Assembly: GCF_002105155.1 (NCBI RefSeq)
Contig: NW_019029078.1
Coordinates: forward strand, 1-40,226
Length of the DNA stretch: 40,226 nucleotides
DNA from: Lobosporangium transversale
Taxonomy: Eukaryota
Direction of reading: 5' to 3'
Position numbers and translations under genes: made by a program. Positions 11,301 to 20,639 of this stretch are shown here, piece after piece. The notes under the pieces were generated by a model. That model made no database searches. It saw only the letters and a list, made by a program, of their open reading frames with translations, and was not told where the DNA came from. The first letter of the stretch is position 1. Each line of letters opens with the position of its first letter.

Positions 11301-14300
11301 GCTCGTTGCTGCCTGCGGAGCAAATATCGCTCGCACCAGACTGTACTCTAGTATAGATCGATGGAGAAACCGATGCTGATTGCCTGTCCGAGTGAGTGGT
11401 GATGCCTCACGTAATAGATTTCTTCTGCTTTCTTTACTGAAATATGCTTCTTTCCATGTGCCTTTATCCTTGGATGGTGAGTACTCCACCACTGGGTTGC
11501 CATTCTGTTGCTTATAGATTGCTATAGCCAGCTCTGTGAGATACTTGATCCCATTCTGTGCAAACCCTTCATCTGTCAATACTCTGTACATCCTTCTATC
11601 TTCTGGTCTTAATGTCTCGCTTAGTCGCTTCTTGCCTCGTTCGAACCACTGCTCAACAAACTGGTCATACAATGTGACTCGTTTGATCTTGCTTTTGGTG
11701 ACCTCTTGGCCTGGATCCACCATCCGTGGGAGTACTTCTAGTGTCATCGATAGCATGAATGGGTTCTTCACGAGTTCTTGTAAGCTAGGGATCATCTTGA
11801 GTGCGCCCTTATAGTCCTTCACACCCCACAGTAAGTCCATGGAATTGACATATTGTTCGATATAGTCTTCAATCTGTTCCTCAGAGAATGGCACAATCAC
11901 TGCCTCTTGGAACAAAACACTATCTACTTGATGATTGCGATTCATAGGTTGAAATCGATCCCGATAGTCTGATCCAAGGTACTCACTGCGACAGCTGATC
12001 ACCATCTGACACTTCCACTCTCCAGGTTTATTCAGTTGGTTGGTAACATACAGGTTGATGGTTTGCATACTTTCATCATATCCATCACAGATCAACACAA
12101 ATGATCGATTCATCTTCAGTTCCTTAATCTCCGAGTCTGCAAAACCGTAATCTCGTAGCTGCTTTGCAACCATACCCTTCTCTGGATTGTCGATGGCTGG
12201 AAGATTGATAAACAGTGGGATTGGACCATGCCTCTTTCGGTATGTCCCCCAGAGTGTGCGCTCCAGAGTGCGGTTGAATGTGGATTTGCCTGCTCCTGAA
12301 TCTCCTTGTACAAGCATCACTTTCTGGTCGCTGCCTAGGAACTCTTTCACTTTGTCCATCAACAAAAACCGCTCATCATTGCTTGCTTGAGGACTTGATT
12401 TGGCATATTGTCGAACATAGAACCTTTGGTTATTCCCAACATCCGCTCGCTGTCGTTTTAGTTGGCGTAGAGTATCCTCAACACCAGGGTTCTTCTGTAC
12501 ACGTTCAAGCAATTGTGAGGATTCAGATCGAGAGAGCGTAGCAACGGGGGTGAGCTGGATCAGTGGCCCTTGGAGAGAGAGCCTGTATAGCTCTTGTTTG
12601 TTGACACCTTCGTCCATCTCAAGATCATACAAAAGAGTGTTTGCAGCTGGAATAAAAGAGAACAAAGGAAGAGAAGAAGGCATGTATGGTGTATGTGGAT
12701 TAATCACTACATATTGATTGCTGTCATTGCCATCAAAAGCATCCATAGAAGAAGAATGAGATACATACCTTGAGGACCATCTAGTGGCAACGAGGATAAT
12801 TGCTTAAGAATATTTACGACCCATTGCTTAATGTGTACATGATTGCCCCACTCCTGATCATTCTTGTAGATCTCTCCTAGGAATGTGATGGCGTCTTGTC
12901 GAGTATCCATGCTCCACTTTGTATCAGCTGCTATCTGTCCCAGCCTTTGACATAGCCCCCATTGGAATGCTGCTTCATTTCGACAGGATACTTCACACAT
13001 AAGAGTCTTGAACTTACTCAGTTTGCCTGTTTGGAGTAGTCTATCAGCTACTCGAAGTGCTGGATACCATCCTGACTTGCGACTGAAGCTCAGTCCTTCT
13101 TCCATACACTCTCTGAACAATGATCCGCTCTCATAGAGTGATGTTGCTCCTTTGTACACTTGAAGGCTCTTGTCCATGATATCTGTCACTGATGAAAGCC
13201 CTTTCTGGATGTTGCTTATCTCATCCACGAGAGCATTCAGATCAAGGTCCTTGACCGCACTCACTACTCCAAACACCCCTTGAAGTACTGATGATGTCCG
13301 TCGGAGCATGCCTTGCATTGCTGATTCATCATTTGGGATATACAATAGAGCTTGGAAAGCATAAGCTGCTTGATAGACTAGATGGGGATCTGAACTCTCT
13401 TTCAGTCCCTTAAGATATGCAGCAAGCGGCTCATAGAGTTGTTCTCGCTTGAGTCCTTTGACTTGAATGTTGATCATGGCATCGAGGATATGTGAGACTG
13501 TAGATGAGATGCGATAGAGATGATCCTTAGACTGGTTATGTGTGTTTTGCAAGCGAGAATTGAGAGTGCCAAGGATCTTGACAAGATCATCCGAGTCGAG
13601 ATATCCAAGAGGAGCATGCTGCATCAAGTGAGCCAATCCTTCCAGCAATTGAGTCTCCAGCACAATGTTATGGCTGATGCCATTGATCAAAGCCGCAAGT
13701 AGTGCTCTGAACTGGGTTTGATCAAGAACTGGAGCCAGAGTCACAATCTCAGCTACAGCTTCGGTCTTCATCCCATCCTTGATGAACAGTTCAATCATAT
13801 CCGACGCCAATTTACGCAATCGATCATGTTCATCCTGATTGCTTGATATGGCCTGTTGCCACTCTTTCTCGTGGTTATTAAGCTCATTTGTTTGGATAGG
13901 AGCAGTAGGAAACAGACTGAGACAATACGCGAGCTGGCAAATATCATCCAGATTCGCATCGACATCTGGCAAGCTGTACTTGATGACTGTTGGAGGTTCA
14001 TCATGGTTGAATATGTCCTTTGATATAGTTGCAATGGTCTGTACTGGCATGTATCGCACTGTTTCCATCATGTTGCTCAACTTGCTACTACTGGATTCGC
14101 TGACTTGTTGGTTGGCGGCGATATTCCTATTGTTGCTGTCATTCCTGTTGCTCCCTTGGATGTATCCCCATTTCTCTGCTTTCTTGTCTCGCCTCTGTGC
14201 ATCAGCTGAGTGACCCAATTGGTCAAATAAGCGAGCAAGTTGATAGTAGGCTGAGCCAATACCTTGGCGCAATACCATGTCTTCATTGGAACCTGAAGAG

Positions 14301-14509
14301 GTCAAAGAGGCTGAAGTCATTGTAGCGAAGGACTTTTTCCAAGGCTTCTGAATACGAGACAGTACAGAGTCAGCATCGAGGCATAGCTCTGTCACTAGGA
14401 TGCTATCGTCGTCTATGGTGCGAGCACCCTGCATGTACAAGTCAAAGAGTCTCAGAGCCTGTGCAGGTGAGAGTGTACTTCGTGATGGAGAATTGGTACT
14501 GCCAAACAT
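8361..14509 (-). CDS. Fungal NLR-like protein, ~2008 aa: helical/ARM-like N-terminus, NACHT, pentapeptide repeats, ~14 WD40 repeats; two exons (14509-12769, 12646-8361)
   Basis: Phase-1 intron 12647-12768 (GTATGT...TTATTCCAG) joins ORF 12707..14509 and ORF 8361..12746 in frame (GPQ-A-ANTLL). Walker A GDSGAGKS; Walker B FVLICDGYDE; ADLRG/ADVSH/AQLQG/ADLRK/ANLNG pentapeptides; repeated GH...YSP.G...WD. A small 3' intron cannot be excluded. Confidence 0.92.
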
Positions 14510-15869
14510 GGTCTATTGCTTTCGTTTTTGCTCGTAGATGGTATTCCTATCTATACCACTGAGAAAAATGGTTATCAAAAGATAGTTTGTTAGTAGCCAG
14601 TGTGAAAAAATATTTTCTTTCGCCATATTTGCCTGTCTCTTACATGCATGTATGCTTTAAAGATTCGAGAATCGAACTAACAAAAAAGAAATGCAATTGG
14701 AATTGTCTGATGTGCTGAAGGATGAAGGTTGAAGGATAAAAAGATGAAAGATGAAAGACAGATGGCGAAGGATGATGAAAGATTAAACGCATGCATCTCC
14801 TTGCCTTTGTGCAACTAAAATTGTTGCACATTTACTTCATTTCCTCAATGCGCGCTGTATAAGGGTCAATTGTTTTTGTGATTTCAGCTCGATTCCTTCC
14901 TCCTCTTTTTAATTCAGGGTTAAAGAAGAATGTCCTTTTGGTACATGAATGAAGTGAATGAAGAATAATTCGTGAGATCATGCTTGTGTTTCCGGCCTGC
15001 GCAGGAATGTTTACATGCATGGAAACATTGAATGCCTTGCACATGTGACAAGAGGGATCATCTCTTGGCACGGAGCAATGGTTGGTATACCTCACTACTT
15101 TATCGGTGCAACTCGAACTTCAGCTACTTATTGACGCCACCCTTGAAAACTGAATGGCCATTCTCATCCATCAACACCCAGCATTTGGAGAAAGTATAAT
15201 TTAGGTGGTATTGCTGTTATCATTTGCATGAACATGCCTTTTATATGACCCACCTATACAGGGCAGCTCTCTTTTTTCTTTCTTCTTTTTTCTTTTTTAT
15301 ATTTTTTTTTTTTTTGGCACCATACCGGTGTAAAGACGTATGAATGTACGAAAAGCAAAACATTTGATACACGCGATACACCTTCACACCTCAATCTTAG
15401 CAAAGCGCTTGAAAATGTCAGCACCACGGACTCTTCGTAGCAAAAAAAAAAAAAAATTAGAAAGGTCGACAGTATGCTATGCTATTCGCTAGATCACCAG
15501 GGTATCAAATAGGCCAGTATTTATCATTACCGCTTGCCCTCAATGAAGCATTGCAGCAGCAGCTCCGGAACAAAGGAATGGTTCGTGGTACAGTCTCTTC
15601 GCAATACAGAGACATTTTATTTGCTCTTCTCCTCCATAGGGCCATTCAAAAGCAACGAGGCTCAATAAATAATCAACAACTACAAGATTATGTACTTGTT
15701 TTGATAAGTGCGCCTTATTGAATAAAGATTCAGCAAACAGATGTCTTGGCCATCATTTCAAGGTGTCTTCCTTGATTGGAGACAGCCAGGTTTGTAATGG
15801 TTAACACGATATGTACTCCATTGAAAATAAGAAAAGAGAGTTCAGTTTGCAAAGAAGCAGAGAAGTTAT

Positions 15870-16092
15870 GGATAGCGTAGTCGAACGCTAGTGAAGGCTA
15901 AAGCCTATTGTTCGGCAAAGAGGAGACAATGGATGTCCCACCCGCAGCCCCCCTGGTTCCTTTGGTAGTAGATTGGAACATCCAAGAGGGCTCCACAGTG
16001 TATGCAGTAGTCAAAAAAAAAATCCTTTATTTCCAGTAGTAGCAATAAAAGAAAGGTAACACATCCATTGTCTCCTCCGAAGGACGAACAAT
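15870..16092 (+). mobile_element. 3'-end remnant of a DIRS element (part of the ICR plus terminal repeat)
   Basis: Perfect 17-bp inverted repeat 15920-15936/16061-16077. The first copy is followed by CCCACCC and the second is preceded by AAGAAAGGTAACAC, matching the layout of the intact DIRS (CCCACCC at 20448; AAGAAAGGTGACAC at 20561). Ends in AAT at 16090-16092. Confidence 0.65.
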
Positions 16093-16331
16093 TGGCACTT
16101 CTTTAGACCTATTCGCTTATTTTATCTCTCGGACTGTAAACGAGGCAAATCTACCCTTTACCTTTCATCAACTCATGGGCAGATCGGATCTAGTTCTCTG
16201 TGCTTTCTATTAGCAGAAATTAGCTGTCTATCGCATGCCAATTAAGATAAAAAATCAGTAAAATTAATCAACCAGCAAAAAAAAAAAATTAGGCTCTATC
16301 ATCACCATCATCACCATGAACTATGTCCGCC

Positions 16332-16453
16332 ATTGTCTACGGTACCATGTCCGTATGTGTGTGTCACCTTTCTTCATTGAAAATCCGACGAGAAATAAAG
16401 AAAAATAAACTAAATAAAAAGATCCCTCTGCCCTGCAACTCTGATCTACATCT
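16332..16453 (+). repeat. DIRS left inverted terminal repeat
   Basis: Reverse complement of 20482-20600: a perfect 94-bp core plus an imperfect outer part. Confidence 0.93.
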
Positions 16454-16508
16454 TTCTTCTCGTCGCTCCTGGAACTCATCCGTTGCAGACTATTATCTAT
16501 TCGTTCCA

Positions 16509-17438
16509 ATGAGCGACAATTCTACCGACAACACTCATAATGCACTCCTTCATGAAATCAACACTCTTCGTCAGCAGGTGGCTGCCCTTACGCAGGCCAA
16601 CCCTTCCTCCTCTTCCCCTTCCCCCATCACCATTGATCGCCCACAGGCCAAGATACTTGTCCTCTCTGATACCCTCAAAGCGGCTGTACCTTCCCTTGAC
16701 GGCTCTCATTTCTTCCGTCCCCCGGACAACTCTGGCGACGATAACATCCTCACCGAGTACGTCCTCTATCCCAAGAACCCAGATCAGCAGTACAAAGCGC
16801 CCTCTCTTGAGTTGCCTTGGCCTCAGGAGACCACTTCTTTTCAACGAGTGGACAAGTGGTTATCCCAACTACAGGAACGTCAGGCCCACGCTACGCGACC
16901 CTTGGACGAATTCCTGGCAGAATACTTTCACAAAGTGCACGATCCTGCATTACGGCAGATCGTCGCAGATTTTGGGCATGCCATGCGATCTCATCTGGCC
17001 GTTACAGCACGCCAAATCACCGATCTGCGCATGGATAATTTTGTGTACGCAAAGGGTCTCAAGCCAGCCCCTGATCATGAAAAGACTGCAACTATCACTA
17101 AAGATGATATTGCAGCCCGAATTAAAGCTGCTGAGGAGTACCAGGAGGCCAGCAAGCCTCGCAAGACAGCTTTGCAAAACAGAGGGTCCGGTCGCAATTC
17201 CGGTTCTCGCAGCAGGGGTATTTACTTTAACATGTACCCCCACCAGCAGCAACAGTTCCAGCAATTTCCATCACAATCGCAACCTTATTCACCAGCGAAT
17301 CATCATCAAGCACAACAAGCCACACCTCCTCAGCTCACTTACGGGTATGGAGAGCCCATGCATAACAACCAGCAGGGACAGTATTTTTACAGAGGCAGCC
17401 GTGGACGGGGACGCGGCAGCGCCAACAAGAGCCAGTAG
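16509..17438 (+). CDS. DIRS ORF1, Gag-like (309 aa)
   Basis: First ATG after the ITR, in frame with ORF 16323..17438. Contains DKWLSQLQERQAHATRPLD...ITDLRMDN and an RG-rich C-terminus; its position is typical of DIRS gag. Confidence 0.8.
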   Translation: MSDNSTDNTHNALLHEINTLRQQVAALTQANPSSSSPSPITIDRPQAKILVLSDTLKAAVPSLDGSHFFRPPDNSGDDNILTEYVLYPKNPDQQYKAPSLELPWPQETTSFQRVDKWLSQLQERQAHATRPLDEFLAEYFHKVHDPALRQIVADFGHAMRSHLAVTARQITDLRMDNFVYAKGLKPAPDHEKTATITKDDIAARIKAAEEYQEASKPRKTALQNRGSGRNSGSRSRGIYFNMYPHQQQQFQQFPSQSQPYSPANHHQAQQATPPQLTYGYGEPMHNNQQGQYFYRGSRGRGRGSANKSQ

Positions 17439-20265
17439 GAGGCCGTCTGCACCTCTACTCGAGGGCTTGGAGGCTCCTCACGGACGACAGGTGGGTCCGC
17501 TCCGTGATTGGAAACGGTTTTCAGATTCCCTTCCACAGACAACCTCCAATAACACACACATCAAGAGCCCTTTCCCCGCATCTATCCAAGGAGGAGACAC
17601 TGGCGATAGAGAACGAAGTGATCGCACTTCTGGCCAAAAAAGCCATAGAGCACGCTTCGGGACCTGGTTTCCAGAGTCGTTTGTTTACTATCCCCAAGAA
17701 GACAGGGGACCTCCGGCCTGTCCTCAACCTACGTCCTCTCAATCAATTTATCATCACAGACTCGTTCAAGATGGAGACGATTCAGGTAGTATGCAATACC
17801 CTTCAGAAGAACGATTATTTGACGAGCATCGATCTCAAAGATGCTTTCCTTCATGTGCTGATTCATCCACATTTTCGTCCTTACCTTCAGTTTCAGTGGA
17901 AGGGTCAGCTGTATCAGTTTCGCACTCTACCTTTCGGGATGTCACTGTCGCCGTTAGTCTTCACGAAGGTCCTACGCCCGGTGTTGAGATGGGCGAGGCG
18001 TCGAGGAATACGGCTGACAGCTTACATCGACGATCTGTTGATCATGGCCAACTCCAAAGCCCAAGCAGAAGAGCACACGAATCTTGTCCTGGACAAACTC
18101 AAGTCTCTTGGATTCCTCATCAACAAGGAGAAATCCTCTCTGATGCCAACGAAATGTCTAGATCATCTGGGTTTCACCATCAACACCACCGACATGACCC
18201 TCTCGGTACCGAAGTCCAAGGTCAGGGACATACGGCGAGAAGCAGCGAAGATGCTCAGCAAGGGATGGACGACGGTTCGCAACTTGGCTACGTTCATAGG
18301 GAAAGCCATGGCGACGACAGCAGCAGTATTTCCAGCTCGTCTAATGACGCGGCATCTTCTGGCATTGAAGAACAGAGCGCTCAGCCATCAGGGGTCATCT
18401 TGGGAAGCGACGATCTCACTGGACGACAGAGCTCGAGCCGATCTGGATTGGTGGACACACCAACTCAAGGAGTGGAACGGGACGTCATGGATTCAGTCGC
18501 CAACTCAGATGGACGTGTACACAGACGCCTCCGACCAAGGCTGGGGGATCGTCATAGGGCAGCGCACTTGGACAGGGCTATGGCCACCAAACATACGCCA
18601 CCAACACATCAATTTAAAAGAGTTACTAACCGTGTACTACGCAGTCACTCTACCGCAAACACAAGGGAGGATGCTCAACCTAGTAATCGACAACACAACC
18701 ACCATCGCTTACATCAACCGGTTCGGCGGAACTCGTTCACAACCTCTGATGGACCTGGCGGACAAAATATGGAAGCATTGTCTAGCAACAGGCACAAGAC
18801 TCAGGACCACATATGTACCTTCAGTATTCAATCCAGCAGATGCACCATCACGCCGGATGCAAGCGCAGCTCGAATGGAGGCTGGACCCGTCATTTTTCCG
18901 TCGTCTAGACCAGCAGTGGGGGCCTCATCGGATAGACCTCTTTGCATCGCCCAGCAACAACCAGCTTCCTCAGTTCATGACATGGAAACCTCATCCTTTG
19001 GCAGTGGACTTCGATGCGCTGAGACACAAGTGGAGCCACTTGGGCAACCTTTACATCTGTCCTCCATGGAACTTACTTCCAAGGATCCTGCAGAAGCTAG
19101 ACCAGGAAGGCCTGGAAGCGACCATAATTACTCCATTTTGGCCATCGGCGATTTGGTTCCCGAAGATACAGGCAATGGCGACCCAACCCCCTTTACCGAT
19201 TCCACGAACATGTGTTCTCCCTCCACCAGGAAACGACGCGCACATCCTGCTCAAGAATCCACACTGGGGCCTTACCGCGTGGAGAGTAAGAGGACGAGGA
19301 TGCTCATAGATGGCCTCTCGCCAGCGGTGACTGAGTTTATCTGTGCTCACAAAGGATCCAAGAGCACCAAGCGAGAGTACGAAAAGCATCAAGCTGAATT
19401 CGTCACTTGGCTGAAAGAGGGCTCGTTCGAACAAGGGATTAACCCCGCGATCCCAGTAGTGAACTGGCTACACTACGTGCGGGTCGCTCGCAATTTGAAG
19501 TGGTCCACGCTGATGACCATGAAGTCGGCTGTCCTCGCCCTATTTCGTGACCCAGAGAGAGTACGATCAGATGAATACTACCGCCAGTTCCTCAAGGCTG
19601 GAAAGCAAGAAGGTGTCGTTGAGTCCAGGTCTGGTCACTTTGACATCACACCTGTTTTGGACCATTTTCGGCAGTCATCAGCAAATATGGAGTTGCCTTT
19701 TGAGGAGCTTACATGGAAGCTGTGTTGGCTCTTAGGCGTCTGTGGCTTCATGAGACCAGACGACATCAGATGTGTAGATGTCAGTCTCTCCAAGCTTGTG
19801 TTAGGGAAGCTTCAGCTTGTTGTTGTTTTCCCAAAAGAGAAGAGTGATGGACAACGTATCATTAAGCATGTGACCATTGGTTCTCACTTTGACAAGAAGC
19901 TATGCCCTGTCGACGCATACACCGCTTACCTGGACAGGCTGTCTTGTCCTTCCACTACCTCTCCTCATCCGAAGGACCCAACAAGAAGCATTGTACCTTT
20001 GATTAGATTTGTGAAAGACCACACCCAGCCGGCGCGTGCGACTACTATTGGCTCCCACATGAGTAGGATTTCTTCGCTGATGGATTTAGGAGACAAGAAA
20101 GCTCCTAAGCTCCGAGCCTTAGGTTCTACGCTCGCGGCTATAGCAGGCGTACCAGTGGCTGATATCATGGTGCAGGGGAATTGGTCGTCCCCGAAAGTCT
20201 TCGAGAAGCACTACCGTTTGTCGAGTGCCACCTCCAACAACATGTCCATGAGCACTCTAGGCTAG
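16540..20265 (+). CDS. DIRS tyrosine recombinase ORF; recognisable YR domain at ~19300-20265, with the frame open from 16540
   Basis: CGFMRPDD (catalytic R), PKEK, LCPV, KLRALGST, GNWSS and FEKHYR (catalytic Y). The translated extent of the upstream overlapping part is unknown. Confidence 0.88.
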   Translation: MHSFMKSTLFVSRWLPLRRPTLPPLPLPPSPLIAHRPRYLSSLIPSKRLYLPLTALISSVPRTTLATITSSPSTSSIPRTQISSTKRPLLSCLGLRRPLLFNEWTSGYPNYRNVRPTLRDPWTNSWQNTFTKCTILHYGRSSQILGMPCDLIWPLQHAKSPICAWIILCTQRVSSQPLIMKRLQLSLKMILQPELKLLRSTRRPASLARQLCKTEGPVAIPVLAAGVFTLTCTPTSSNSSSNFHHNRNLIHQRIIIKHNKPHLLSSLTGMESPCITTSRDSIFTEAAVDGDAAAPTRASRRPSAPLLEGLEAPHGRQVGPLRDWKRFSDSLPQTTSNNTHIKSPFPASIQGGDTGDRERSDRTSGQKSHRARFGTWFPESFVYYPQEDRGPPACPQPTSSQSIYHHRLVQDGDDSGSMQYPSEERLFDEHRSQRCFPSCADSSTFSSLPSVSVEGSAVSVSHSTFRDVTVAVSLHEGPTPGVEMGEASRNTADSLHRRSVDHGQLQSPSRRAHESCPGQTQVSWIPHQQGEILSDANEMSRSSGFHHQHHRHDPLGTEVQGQGHTARSSEDAQQGMDDGSQLGYVHRESHGDDSSSISSSSNDAASSGIEEQSAQPSGVILGSDDLTGRQSSSRSGLVDTPTQGVERDVMDSVANSDGRVHRRLRPRLGDRHRAAHLDRAMATKHTPPTHQFKRVTNRVLRSHSTANTREDAQPSNRQHNHHRLHQPVRRNSFTTSDGPGGQNMEALSSNRHKTQDHICTFSIQSSRCTITPDASAARMEAGPVIFPSSRPAVGASSDRPLCIAQQQPASSVHDMETSSFGSGLRCAETQVEPLGQPLHLSSMELTSKDPAEARPGRPGSDHNYSILAIGDLVPEDTGNGDPTPFTDSTNMCSPSTRKRRAHPAQESTLGPYRVESKRTRMLIDGLSPAVTEFICAHKGSKSTKREYEKHQAEFVTWLKEGSFEQGINPAIPVVNWLHYVRVARNLKWSTLMTMKSAVLALFRDPERVRSDEYYRQFLKAGKQEGVVESRSGHFDITPVLDHFRQSSANMELPFEELTWKLCWLLGVCGFMRPDDIRCVDVSLSKLVLGKLQLVVVFPKEKSDGQRIIKHVTIGSHFDKKLCPVDAYTAYLDRLSCPSTTSPHPKDPTRSIVPLIRFVKDHTQPARATTIGSHMSRISSLMDLGDKKAPKLRALGSTLAAIAGVPVADIMVQGNWSSPKVFEKHYRLSSATSNNMSMSTLG
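17366..19309 (+). CDS. DIRS Pol: reverse transcriptase, RNase H and adenine-methyltransferase-like domain (no ATG before the conserved N-terminus)
   Basis: The frame opens after TAA 17363-17365 and reads PVGGRL...W...TDDRWV, IDLKDAF, LPFG, YIDD (RT); DASDQGWG, HINLKEL, DNTT, NPADAPSR (RNase H); IDLFAS...DAL...YICPPW (MT-like). Confidence 0.93.
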   Translation, partial: QPAGTVFLQRQPWTGTRQRQQEPVGGRLHLYSRAWRLLTDDRWVRSVIGNGFQIPFHRQPPITHTSRALSPHLSKEETLAIENEVIALLAKKAIEHASGPGFQSRLFTIPKKTGDLRPVLNLRPLNQFIITDSFKMETIQVVCNTLQKNDYLTSIDLKDAFLHVLIHPHFRPYLQFQWKGQLYQFRTLPFGMSLSPLVFTKVLRPVLRWARRRGIRLTAYIDDLLIMANSKAQAEEHTNLVLDKLKSLGFLINKEKSSLMPTKCLDHLGFTINTTDMTLSVPKSKVRDIRREAAKMLSKGWTTVRNLATFIGKAMATTAAVFPARLMTRHLLALKNRALSHQGSSWEATISLDDRARADLDWWTHQLKEWNGTSWIQSPTQMDVYTDASDQGWGIVIGQRTWTGLWPPNIRHQHINLKELLTVYYAVTLPQTQGRMLNLVIDNTTTIAYINRFGGTRSQPLMDLADKIWKHCLATGTRLRTTYVPSVFNPADAPSRRMQAQLEWRLDPSFFRRLDQQWGPHRIDLFASPSNNQLPQFMTWKPHPLAVDFDALRHKWSHLGNLYICPPWNLLPRILQKLDQEGLEATIITPFWPSAIWFPKIQAMATQPPLPIPRTCVLPPPGNDAHILLKNPHWGLTAWRVRGRGCS

Positions 20266-20355
20266 ATTTTCTTTAGTTAGTTGTTCATTTCGTTCAGTTT
20301 TCTTTTAGTTTTAGTTTTGTTTTAGTTTAGTTCTCTTTGGCGATCCCTCTGGAGC

Positions 20356-20447
20356 CACATACGGACATGGTACCGTAGACAATGGTCTACTGAATGGTCT
20401 ACGAAGGACGACCTATTCACATTGTCATAGGTACCATGGACGTATGT
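20356..20447 (+). repeat. DIRS internal complementary region (ICR)
   Basis: 20356-20385 is the reverse complement of 16330-16359; 20381-20447 is the reverse complement of 20573-20639 (67 bp). The two halves overlap at AATGG. Confidence 0.95.
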
Positions 20448-20481
20448 CCCACCCACACCACCCCTTTTTGGCTCGAGAAGT

Positions 20482-20639
20482 AGATGTAGATCAGAGTTGC
20501 AGGGCAGAGGGATCTTTTTATTTAGTTTATTTTTCTTTATTTCTCGTCGGATTTTCAATGAAGAAAGGTGACACATACGTCCATGGTACCTATGACAATG
20601 TGAATAGGTCGTCCTTCGTAGACCATTCAGTAGACCATT
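20482..20639 (+). repeat. DIRS right inverted terminal repeat plus 3' extension
   Basis: Complementary to the left ITR and to the second half of the ICR; ends GACCATT. Confidence 0.93.

Larger units (their letters stand above)
16332..20639 (+). mobile_element. Apparently intact DIRS1-type tyrosine-recombinase retrotransposon (~4.3 kb)
   Basis: gag-like, RT-RNaseH-MT and YR ORFs. A 94-bp perfect inverted repeat spans 16360-16453/20482-20575, with a right extension at 20601-20639. The ICR is complementary to both termini, and ATT (CCATT) is present at both ends and at the ICR junction. Confidence 0.96.

Noticed and set aside
14095..14170. Amyloid signalling motif in the NLR N-terminus (GYIQGSNRNDSNNRNIAANQQ)
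   Set aside because: Internal rather than terminal, no recognisable HRAM/PP/sigma pattern, and no adjacent effector gene with a matching motif.
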